Shown: positions 43,816 to 64,000 of the stretch, in pieces
Layout of the letters: each line of letters opens with the position of its first letter
Numbering within the stretch: the first letter of the stretch is position 1
Assembly (NCBI RefSeq): GCF_009914755.1
Contig: NC_060947.1
Direction: 5' to 3' (one strand)
Length of the DNA stretch: 64,000 bases
Source: the human T2T-CHM13v2.0 reference genome, Homo sapiens
Notes under the pieces: model-generated
Databases searched by the model: none
What the model was told of the DNA's origin: nothing
Seen by the model: the letters and a program-made list of their open reading frames with translations, nothing else
Position numbers and translations under genes: made by a program

Positions 43816-44834
43816 GTGTGGGCACATTTTTAAAGACTTACTTAATTTTTGAATATGTGATACGCATATGCTTCAGAAGCAAAGGTGAAAAGGTGAAAAG
43901 GAGTGCAGTGGGCTGGGCATGGTAGCTCACACCTGTAATCCCAGCACTTTGGGAGGCCGAGGTGGGCAGATCACCTGAGGTCAGGAGTTTGAGACCAGCC
44001 TGGCCAACTTGGTGAAACCGTGTCTCTACTAAAAATGCAAAAATTAGCCGGGGGTGGTGGTGGGTGCCGGTAATCCCAGCTACTTGAGAGGCTGAGGCAG
44101 GAGAGAATCACTTGAACGGAGGCGGAGGTTGCAGTGAGCCAAGATTGCGCCACTGCACTCCAGCCTGGGCGACAAAGCAAGACTCCATCTCAAAAAAAAC
44201 CAAAAAAACAAAAAGGGCAGTGGAAAGCTTCCTGCCATCACAGTCCATCTACCCAGTGTCCATCCCACCATTAATCGTTATTAGTCATTTATTATGTAAT
44301 CTTCTAGTGTTTTCATTCTTTCGCTTTCTGTGTATGTGTGTGTGTCAGATATAGATTTTTATAACTTATTAATAGAACTTTTAAAACATAAACCAAAATA
44401 AAGAATACTTCTGAAAGGGCTGGAACATTCTGGGTCCCATGAACTGTCAAAATAGGCACACTGGAAAAACTGGAAATAGAATCCAACGTGAGTAGGGGGA
44501 ACATATAAATCAAGGAAAAACAAAGTTCATATAAAAGTGAGAGACAACAGAACCTGACTATCTCTGAAAGCGAGCTCCCATCATTTGGAGCTTTTCACAG
44601 AAACAGAAGAGGGAGCTATAACCGTGAACTTAGAAGAGCTTTCCTTCTAAACATGCCAGAAAATTAATGTCGTATAAAAAGATGGAAGTCAAATCCCGTA
44701 AAAAGTTATTGTAAGAAAATAGAAAATACAGAGCAGAATGACCTCACTACAGACAATGGGAGAATGCCAGAAAGATGTGCCTGCAAAACAGATGAAAATT
44801 CTATCCTAATATTGCCAAATGAGCTCAGAGATTA

Positions 44835-45113
<279 letters not shown>

Positions 45114-45572
45114 CTAAAAACAAACAAACTAGAAGTAACATAAGAGCAAATAAAAACAACAGATAATGGCTTGAGAGGAAAAGGAGAAAAGATTTTAAGA
45201 TCAAAAAGAAATAAAAGGCTTCCGGTTTTAACATGGACGTAAAAAGAACTGAAAAGAAACTCCTAACCTCACATGAAAAAACCTGGGCAGAAAGCAAATG
45301 AACAACTGCACGAACTCATCAGAGAACTGAGATCACAGGACAGGTGACCATCCTGAAATCTGGAGAGAGACACAGTACCTGCAGAGAGACACAGGACTGG
45401 AGCATTTGCTTACCCCAGGCTGAAGCCACCAGATGCTATATGAGCTGATAGGAAGTTTTAACTTGAAATGTTGATGGATTTCTGGAGGCCGAGTGCAGGC
45501 TACGGAAAGAGTGTGAAGCTTTTGGGCACCGCTGTCATAGGGGAGTTCCCACCCTTTTGCAGGTTATTTTAA

Positions 45573-45809
<237 letters not shown>

Positions 45810-45875
45810 TGATCCGCTTGCCTTGGCCTCCCAAAGTGCTAGGATTACAGGCATGAGCCACTGCGCCCGGTCTAA

Positions 45876-46211
<336 letters not shown>

Positions 46212-46320
46212 TAAGGCTTATTTGAGGGACTGTGTCTCAGGTACGAGATCTCTTAATTCTTTGGGGATCTGTGTCTTAGGGTGTGATATCTACAAACTAT
46301 TTGAGGTTCTGCTTCTCAGG

Positions 46321-47896
<1,576 letters not shown>

Positions 47897-48548
47897 AGCA
47901 ATAATGTGAGGACCTTGAGTACTTTGCATTTTTTTTCCAAGGTGTGAGCTTTCTGAGGTATTTGACCTCAGGAGGTGGCTGACCAACAGTATGAGGTCCT
48001 GAGGTGTTTAGGAGCCTGTGTCACAAGATGTGAAGTCACTGAAATATTTTTCTTTCAGACTATGAATTTCTTGGGATATTTGGGGGTCTGAGTTTCAGGG
48101 TGTGAAGACTGTAGGCTGTTTCCCAGGTCTCTGATCTATAGGCCAGGCTGTGAGGCTTCTGAACCCTTTAGGGTTCTACCTCCCAACATGTGAGGTAGTT
48201 CTTTGAATGTGAGTTCTACGTGAGGCAGAAATTTTAAAATACTACTAATAGTAATAATAAGTACTGCATTTATTCATTCCAAGAAAAGTAACAGGCAAGG
48301 CAAGGGTTAAAAAGAAAAGAACAAGTTTTCCTCTGCCTAGCAAGTTCACTTCAAAGACAGTTTTAATACAATGCTGTCCGAATACCCAAGGCCAAAGGGA
48401 TGGGCTCCAGACACCCCCACCCCGCCCCGCCAACTTCCAGAGCAAGGTTGAAGGAATAAAAAGAGAAAGACAGATTCTTTTACTGTTACTCTTTTCCCAG
48501 GCTTCTTAAGCATTATTATGTTTTATAAATGTCTCCTTTGCCTCTAGG

Positions 48549-48649
48549 GGCTGGCTTTAGCTCAGCGGTTACTTCGACAATGCTTTCCATGGTTAGGAAA
48601 CCAACCTCTCTGGGTGGTTTGAGACCCGTGGGCCCTCTCCAGTCCTTTT
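48549..48649 (+). ncRNA. VTRNA3-1P: Vault RNA copy/pseudogene (VTRNA3-1P-like)
   Basis: GGCTGGCTTTAGCTCAGCGGTTACTTCGACA ... GAGACCCGTGGGCCCTCTCCAGTCCTTTT matches the conserved vtRNA1 5' and 3' ends. A box intact (48558-48568), B box altered to GGTTTGAGACC (48616-48626). Confidence 0.92.
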
Positions 48650-48663
48650 GTGGTCGCCAAAAA

Positions 48664-48844
48664 TGTTGCGGTAAACTGAGGAACAGAGAGACCAATATGG
48701 AGTACATGAGGATTGTTGTTTATTTTAGGTACGCACCGGCTCAGTGGATTCATATTCAAAAAGCTGAGCCAGTGTGTACCTAAAATAAACAACAATTCTC
48801 CTCTACTCCATATTGGTCTCTCTGTTCCTCAGTTTACCGCAACA
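48664..48844. repeat. 81-bp inverted repeat with a 19-nt loop
   Basis: Arm 48664-48744 is the reverse complement of arm 48764-48844, with 5 mismatches by manual alignment. Confidence 0.95.
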
Positions 48845-49086
48845 TATGAGCTGGTTTATTTTTATCATGGTGTTAGTTCTCTGAACTCTTTATGGGTCCA
48901 TTTTCATCATTGTGAGGTGATTACCATTTTTGAGGATTGGTATCCCTGACCGTGGACATTTCTGAACTTTTGAGGTTCTCTCCTTGAGTTTGAGGCCACA
49001 TTGTTCTTCCAAGGCATATTTACCCATATACCAGGTCTCTGAGCCAATTTATTGACTATATCTAAAATGTGAGGACAATGAGCTTC

Positions 49087-49248
49087 TTTCTTTCTTCCTT
49101 CCTTCCTTCCTTCCTCCTCCCTTCCTTCCTTCCTTCCTTCCTCCTTCCTTCCTTCCTTCCCTCCTTCCTTCCTTCCTTCCTCCCTCCCTCCCTCCCTCTC
49201 TTTCTTTCTTTTCTTCTTTCTTCTTTCTTTCTTTTGTTTTTTTTTTTT
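49087..49248 (+). repeat. (CCTT)n/(CTTT)n polypyrimidine microsatellite at an Alu tail
   Basis: Direct inspection. Confidence 0.9.
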
Positions 49249-49250
49249 GA

Positions 49251-49356
<106 letters not shown>

Positions 49357-49882
49357 TAGCTGGGATTACAGGCACCTGCCACCACGCCCAGCTAATTTTT
49401 GTATTTTTAGTAGAGACGGTGTTTCACTGTGCTGGCCAGGCTGGTGTTGAACTCCTGACCTCAGGTGATCCACCCACCTCAGCCTCCCAAAGTGCTGGGG
49501 TTACAAGTGTGAGCCACCGTGCCTGGCCAATGAGCTCTTCAGTATCTTTTTGTAGGATGTTAAATGTACAAGTAATTTTGGGAGTCTGTATTTCAAGTTG
49601 TGAAATCTCAAAGACTGGTGGGAGCATTTTATCATGTGGTGATATTAGCTGTTGGGGAGTTCTGTGTGCTAGAGTGCCAGGTCCCTGAGTAGCTTGAGGG
49701 TCTTTGTACAGGCTGTGATATCTTTAATCTGTTTGAGAGTCTCTATACCATGGTGTATGGTATCTGAGTTACCTGGGTCTTTCTTCCACGGAGTGAAATC
49801 TCTGAGCTCTTTTGTGTCTTGTGTCACATAGTGTGAGGTCTCTAAGCTTTTGGGGAAATCTCTGTCCAAGGTGTAAGGCTGG

Positions 49883-49901
49883 CTTTCTTTCTTTCTTTTT
49901 C

Positions 49902-49968
<67 letters not shown>

Positions 49969-50152
49969 ATCTTTCTTTCTTTCTTTCCTTCCTTCCTTCC
50001 TTCCTTCCTTCTCTCTTTCTCTCTCTCTTTCTTTCTCTGTTTCTCCTTCCTTCCTTCCTTTCTTCCTTCCTTCTTTCTTTCCTTCCTCTGTCTCTCTCTC
50101 TCTTTCTCTCTTTCCCTCTCTTTCTTTCTCTTTCTTTTCTTTCCTTTTTTTT
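49883..50152 (+). repeat. Long (CTTT)n/(CCTT)n/(CT)n polypyrimidine tract at an Alu tail
   Basis: Direct inspection, ~270 nt nearly purine-free. Confidence 0.92.
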
Positions 50153-50195
50153 TGAGACAGGGTCTTGCTCTGTCACCCAGGCTGGTGTGCAGTGA

Positions 50196-50375
<180 letters not shown>

Positions 50376-50695
50376 TGATCCACCCACCTCTGCCTCCCAA
50401 AGTGTTGGGACTACAGGCATGAGCCACCGGGCCCAGCCAGGTATGAGGTTTCTAAGCTATTTGGTGCCCTGTTTTCTAGACTGTGAATTCTCCAGGTCAG
50501 TTTGTTTATTTTCTACCTGGGTATAAGGCCTCTGGGCTTTTTGTGTTTTTGCTATACAGGAGATGGGGACTCTCAACCTTTGTGGACCTCCTTCTCTGAT
50601 GGTCAGGTTTTAATATTCTGACAGTGTAATGTCCCTGAGTGTGGAGGCTCTGTCATTTTAAAGGTCTTTTGTTTTTGTTTTTTGATATTTTTTAA

Positions 50696-50797
<102 letters not shown>

Positions 50798-51225
50798 TGA
50801 GTAGCTGGGACTACAGGCACACGCCACCACACCTGGCTAATTTTTTTTTTGTATTTTTAGTAGAGACAGGGTTTCACAATGTTGGGCAGACTGGTCTTGA
50901 ACTCCTGACCTCAGGTGATCCACCCGCCTCGGCCTCCCAAAGTGCTGGGATTACAGGCGTAAGCCACTGCACTCAGCCTGTTTTTTGTTTTTTGAAACAG
51001 AGTTTTGCTCTGTTGCCTAGGCTGGAGTGCAGTGGTGCGATCCCAGGTCCTTGCAACTCCCACCTCCCAGGCTCAGGTGATCCTCCTGCCTCAGCCTCCT
51101 GAGTAGCTGGGACCACCACGCCCGGCTAATTTTTTATATTTTTAGTAGAGACGGGGTTTCACCACGTTGGCCAGGCTGGTCTCCAACTTCCAACCTGAAA
51201 TGACCTGCACGCCTCTCCCTCCTAA

Positions 51226-51489
<264 letters not shown>

Positions 51490-51839
51490 TGAGAAAGTGA
51501 CATTCATGAAGGCAGAGGCTTTGTCTCATTGCTGTGCTGCTGTGTCCCCAGCAGCTAGAACATAGCCTAGTACAGAGCTAAGCAGTTCATAAACATCCAT
51601 GGAATAAATGCATGCATGAATGAATGAATGGATCTGGCAGAATATCAGAGGAGTAGCCCCAGCCCAGCTCAGCCCTCAGGATAATTCTATTAACCGGGTA
51701 CAGTGGCACGTGCCTGCCGTAGCAGCTACTCAGAAGGCTAAGGTGGGAGGATCCCTTGAGTTCAGGAGTTGGAGGCTGCAGTGAACCATGATTGCACCAC
51801 TGCACTCCAGCTTGAGCAACAGAGCGAGACCCTGTCTCA

Positions 51840-52058
<219 letters not shown>

Positions 52059-52110
52059 TCAAAAAAAAAAAAAAAAAAAAGAGAGGGAGAGAAATGAAAA
52101 AGAAAGATAA

Positions 52111-52542
<432 letters not shown>

Positions 52543-52799
52543 TGATCCGGCTGCCTCAGCCTCCTGGAGTGCTGGGATTACAGGCGTGAGCCACGGTGCC
52601 CGGCTGATTTCTGTTTTTCTTTTCCTGGAAGTGGGGTGGCATAGGAGGAGGGTGGGAAATAAAATCCTATCAACATTGTCTAGGAAAATTCCCAGTACTT
52701 GAGTTGCTGTAAGTCAGTTGGAGAATTTCCTTTTTCACTACTATGCAGCAGTTTATATCATGTTGATAAATTGACACAAAATGATAAAGCATATTATCT

Positions 52800-54350
<1,551 letters not shown>

Positions 54351-54691
54351 GTTATGACAGAAAGCTCTGGAAGAACTAAAATCAGAAAGAGGTTGAAAAG
54401 GTAGAAACAGTTGTCTCTAGGGCTGGAACTGGGGTTCAGGAAGGACAGGCAGAAACTTTGCTTTTTATCAAAATCCCCTCAGGATATGGGACTTATTCCC
54501 ATGCTCATGAATTACTGTGATAATCTGAAAGAAAACCCACTCCCCCAGGCTCCACCAGGGAGTTAGATCCTTTTCTTCTTTTTTACAAAAAAATCAAGGT
54601 GAAATTCCATATAAGATTAACCATTGCAAAATGAACAATTTAGTAGCAATTTGTACATTTACAATATTGTGCAACCACTACTTCTGTCTAG

Positions 54692-54979
<288 letters not shown>

Positions 54980-55090
54980 TGAGTAGCTGGAACTACAAGT
55001 GTGCGCTACCATGCCTGGCTAATTTTTGTAGTTTTAGTAGAGACAGGGTTTTGCTATGTTGACTAGGCTGGTCTCAAACTCCTGGCCTCA

Positions 55091-55186
<96 letters not shown>

Positions 55187-55260
55187 TTATTGATCTTTGG
55201 CATCATGTAGCATACACCTTATTCCTTTTCATGGCTGAATAATATTCCATTGTATGTATA

Positions 55261-56220
<960 letters not shown>

Positions 56221-56381
56221 CCACAATTTGTTTAGCCATTCATCTGTTGATGGACATTTGGACTGGTTCCACCTTTTGGCTGTTGTGAATGCCGCTGCTA
56301 TGAACATGTGTTAGATGTGCTTGAGTATCAGTTTTCAGTTCTTTTGGGTATATATTTAGGAGTGGAATTGCTAGATCATAT

Positions 56382-57094
<713 letters not shown>

Positions 57095-58241
57095 TAGCCA
57101 GGATGGTCTTGATCTCCTGACTTCGTGATCCGCCCGCCTCGGCCTCCCAAAGTGCTGGAATTACAGGTGTGAGCCACTGCGCCCGGCCTCTATGGTTACC
57201 TTTTAGAGGAACTGCCCAACTGTTTCCACAGTGGCTGAACCATTTTGTATTCCCACCAGCAATGTATGAGGGTCCCAGTTTCTCCACATCCTTGCCAACA
57301 CTTATTTTCTGTTTTGCTGATTATAGCCATCCAAGTGGTGATGAAGTGGTATTTCACTGTGGTTTTGATTTGCATTGCCCTACTGACTAGTGATGTTGAG
57401 CATCTTTTCATGTGCTTCTTAGCCATTTGTATATCTTCTTTGGAGATATATCCATTCAAGTCCTCTGCTCATTAAAAAAATCTGGTTGTTTTTGTTTTTG
57501 TCATTGAGTTGTAAGAGTTCCTTATATATTCTGGATACATAACCCTTGTCAGATATATGATTTACAAATACGTCCTCCTATTCTATAGGTTGTCTTTTCA
57601 CTTTCTTAATACTGTCCTCTGATACATAAAAGTTTTCAATTTTGATGAAGTCCAATTTATCTGGTTTTTTTTGTTGTTGTTGTTGTCTGTACTTTCGGTG
57701 TCATAGCTAGGAATCCATTGTCCAATCCAAGAGGATGAAAATTTACTAGAGCCTTTTCTTGGGGTGGGGTTCAGTTCATGGCTCTCAGTAGCTTGGAAAA
57801 TGTTTGCTCCACTTTCAGATGGACATTGCCACTGCTCATCTTCACTTCCTGACCTCCAGCCCCACCCTGGCTCTAGGCCACCCTGCTGCCCAGGATCCGC
57901 CCCAGGATGCTCAATCATCAATAGACCACGTCAACCATGCTGCCTCTGGCTGCCAAACAGCTGTAGTGAATTAACCTAGACTTGGTTGAATGTGTTTTGT
58001 ACCACCTGGGAAAGAAACTCAAAAATTGAAAGGGAAACTCAACATTTCCTCAAATCCTCAAGAATTCAGCACATTGATTTTGTAGCAAGTTAGCTTTTGT
58101 CATTTGGATTCTAGGAGATTTGATAATTTGGTGAATTGGTCATTTAGTCAATTGGGTTTTAAAAAGAAAGTGCTGGGGCAGATCATGAGGTCAGGAGTTC
58201 AAGGCCAGCCTGGCCAACACGGTGAAGCCCCATCTCTACTA

Positions 58242-58460
<219 letters not shown>

Positions 58461-58616
58461 TTAAAAAAAAAAAAGAAAGGGCTAGGCTGGGCACAGTGAC
58501 TCATGTCTCTAATCCCAGCACTTTGGCAGGCTGAAGCAGGAGGATTGCTTGAGACCAGGAGTTCGAGACCAGCCTGGGCAAATATAGCGAAACCTCATCT
58601 CTACAAAAAAAAATTA

Positions 58617-58736
<120 letters not shown>

Positions 58737-58767
58737 TCAGCCAGGGCGACAGAGTGAGATCCTGTGA

Positions 58768-58825
58768 AAGAGAAGAGAAGAGAAGAGAAGAGAAGAGAAG
58801 AGAAGAGAAGAGAAGAGAAGAGAGA
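58768..58825 (+). repeat. (GAAGA)n pentanucleotide repeat
   Basis: Direct inspection. Confidence 0.92.
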
Positions 58826-60384
58826 AAGTCTGTGGTAGTGAAGAAATGAGAATATAGACATGTATCTGCTTATTTTTGCAAAAAGAAACACAGGAAGGAT
58901 AAATCATAAGTGAATATGATTGTTTACCCCAGGGCCATGGTGGGCATCTGAAAACTCTGGTGGAAGTCCCTCCATTCCTGCCACTTTCAGGGTCTGTGTT
59001 GGGTGGGGGAAGCAGGAGAACCTTCTCTGGAGGGACTCTGGGCCTGGTCCTCACCCCAGGCCAGCAAAGGCTCCTTTCAGCTAAACAGCATCTCCATATT
59101 GCTGACCTGAGCAGGCATAGTTAGGGCAACATCCCTAACCAGCCCCTCCCTGCCCCGTGTAAGGTCCCTAAGAGCTGGGGGTGGTCGCAGGGAGGGTGCC
59201 TGGTGTGGGAACTGCCAGGTGCCGGCTGGCTTGGTGCCCTTGACCTCACCGGTCCTGTGACTTCACCTTCAGTCCAGTCCATTCTACCTTCCTTGGAGCT
59301 ATGGATGGCGAGATCAACAGCCGGGGATGAGGGGAGATTGGAGTCTGCATCTAATATTGGGAGATCTTTTAACTCATCCAGCCAATTCCTTATTGAGTGT
59401 CCTGTCCTGGGTTCTGGGGACACCATGGTGAACAGAACAGACATAAATCTCTGCTCTCAGAGAGGTGTCATTCTGGTGGGGGCAGCGGTGACGGTGTTAG
59501 GTAGTGAGTAATGCCCTGAAGAAAATGAAGCAGGGAGGTGAGGTAGAGCAGACTGAGGTGGGTGGGCACTCAGCAGTGGTGAACAGGGAAGGCCTCACTG
59601 AGGTGACACATGACCCGAGACTGGAACCCTGAGCTGAAGGAGCCAGCTGTGCATCAGTCTAGGGGATGGGTGTTCTAGGCAGGGACAGTGTAAAGGTCCT
59701 GAGATGGGAATGAACTTGGCTAGTAACAAAGTTCCAATAAGGGCAGAAATACTTGGGGCTCAGATTTTGCCAGGCAAACACTCCAGTTTGGCCCAATCTG
59801 GTAGTGCTGGGGGAGCAGGGTGAAGGGCAAAGGAGGGAGGAGAGAGGCTCTCCTGAAGTGGGGTAGGTGCAGGTGATGGCAGGAAATGCCTTGAGCAAAG
59901 GAGGTAGGTATGGGTTTATGGCATTTGGGTGACTCTGCTGGAGTAGGGCCACTATAGAGTTATGCCTTGAGGGCTGGGAAAGTCAGGGTTGGAACTGGAG
60001 AGGGGATGGTGGAAAGGTAGAGTAAGGTCTTCCTGAACCCTTGGGAGAGCCCTAAGGGGCCACCTCACTTATCTCTCTCCCTCCGTCCTCCTTCCTTCCT
60101 TCCCTCCCTCCCTGGAAGCCCTGCTTTTGAGGAGAGCCATGGGTGCAGGTGGCAGGTGCCTCTCACCCAGTGGGTCACCTGACTCCAGTGGCACATGCCT
60201 GAGGCTGCAAGATGGCAGTCTTGGCTTATGGGAGTAGGTGGGGAGAAGATTCTAGATCAAGGTGTTCTTGCCAGCTCTCTCTCTCTCTCTCTCTTCAGTC
60301 AGAGGCACAGATGAATAGACAGAAGCCAGCACAGGCACAGCCTCTGAGTCACCCAGATACCTACGTACAGTGACCATACGATAC

Positions 60385-60385
60385 C

Positions 60386-60443
<58 letters not shown>

Positions 60444-60445
60444 AA
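60385..60445 (+). repeat. (CT)n(CA)n microsatellite
   Basis: Direct inspection. Confidence 0.9.
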
Positions 60446-60912
60446 CCCATAGCACACAAGCACAGACACAAACACACACACACTTTGACATATGGCAGCA
60501 GCAAACAGAGACATATACAGGCACAGTCACTCAGAGATACCCAGTATAGTAACCATCAATCACTCACAAAGAGACACAAGTCACACTGAGACCTACCTGC
60601 CATATAGAGACACACAGCCCATTAGCATAGACATGGGCAGAGCCACACACAGGCTGACATACAGTGATACCAAACACAGACCTGTGCAGATGCAGCCTCA
60701 TAGATACACACACACAAGCAGAGGTATTGAGAAGCAAAGGGGTATGCAGACAGGGCTCACATGCACCCAGACCTGGCTAAATAAGTTATCCCAAAACACA
60801 CTATACTGTAGAAGGGAATATAGTCATGCACATCAGTGATACACAGTGTTTCTTTTGGGGCTGTGGCAACCATTGGTGATCACTGCTAGATCCAGGGTTT
60901 CTTTAGAAACTA

Positions 60913-61065
<153 letters not shown>

Positions 61066-61388
61066 TTAGCATATATATGTTAGCAGGGCATGGTGGTGCA
61101 TGCCTGTAGTCTCAGCTACTTGGGAGGCTGAGGTGGAGGATCACTTGAGACCAGGAGTTCAAGGTTGTGGTGAGCCATGATTGCACCACTGCGCTCCAGA
61201 AAAAGAAGCTAAGCTGTAGTTTTGCCTGTTGGGTTAAATGAAGAGAGGAACAATAAAAAAAGAGGAACCACAATTATGGACTCTAGAATTTAAGCTGGGT
61301 AAAGAGGGAAGTGAGGACACAAGAGAGGTGTGAAACACTGAAAAGGTAGTAAGATCAATAAATTGTAGATCCTAATGGGGTCGAAGGG

Positions 61389-63470
<2,082 letters not shown>

Positions 63471-63629
63471 ATGGGGAGGTGAACTGGAAGTTGAAGAGGT
63501 AGTGGTCAACAAGTGAAAACTTTGAAACTGAGGTTATGGAGAGGCTGCAGCTATTGTTAACCACAAGGTCAATGGTACAACAGTGGTGTGCGTGGCTGAA
63601 GTGGAGTGGGCACAGTATCAGTGGAGTAG

Positions 63630-64000
<371 letters not shown>

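Larger units (their letters stand above)
48221..48844 (+). mobile_element. Rearranged ERV1-class LTR (HERV3/LTR4-related, exact family uncertain) carrying the vault RNA
   Basis: Begins TGAGGCAG, ends AATAAA...TTTACCGCAACA. Flanked by TACG/TATG, a 4-bp TSD with one CpG-type change. Confidence 0.75.

Noticed and set aside
48642-48659. tRNA-Arg gene or pseudogene
   Set aside because: Only the 3' 18 nt including CCA are present, next to an LTR end. This fits a retroviral primer-binding site, not a tRNA gene.
48529-48949. Two similar ORFs beginning MLFILGTH on opposite strands
   Set aside because: Artefact of the 81-bp LTR-derived inverted repeat.
49669-49869. 66-aa ORF within the 40-bp array, as a remnant repeat protein
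   Set aside because: The 40-nt period is not a multiple of three and the peptide shows no repeat.
59121-59444. 107-aa minus-strand ORF in unique-looking GC-rich DNA, with a possible small AG...GT exon near 59250-59299
   Set aside because: No recognisable protein similarity or partner exons, and the ORF starts in L2-like sequence. Not supportable without conservation data.

Overview
Alu-dense primate (human-type) genomic DNA whose gene order matches Xp11.22. It contains the 5' end of SMC1A (minus strand, exons 1-3, gene runs off the window start), head-to-head with a complete RIBC1 (plus, 379 aa), which lies tail-to-tail with a complete HSD17B10 (minus, 261 aa). The remaining ~43 kb is mostly repeats, with an orphan CpG island, a TIPIN processed pseudogene, several ERV LTRs, a deleted HERV-L/MLT2 provirus and a vault RNA copy (VTRNA3-1P-like). 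The most striking structure is at 48221-48844. The vault RNA sits inside an ERV1 LTR, its 3' end runs directly into the complement of a tRNA-Arg primer-binding site and the antisense U5/R, and that sequence folds back as an 81-bp inverted repeat. This looks like a fossil of retroviral reverse transcription primed by vault RNA rather than tRNA. The element is inserted into an old, degenerate ~40-bp tandem array. Repeat family names and reference sequences are from recall, not from searches. Most ORFs in the supplied track are Alu or microsatellite artefacts.
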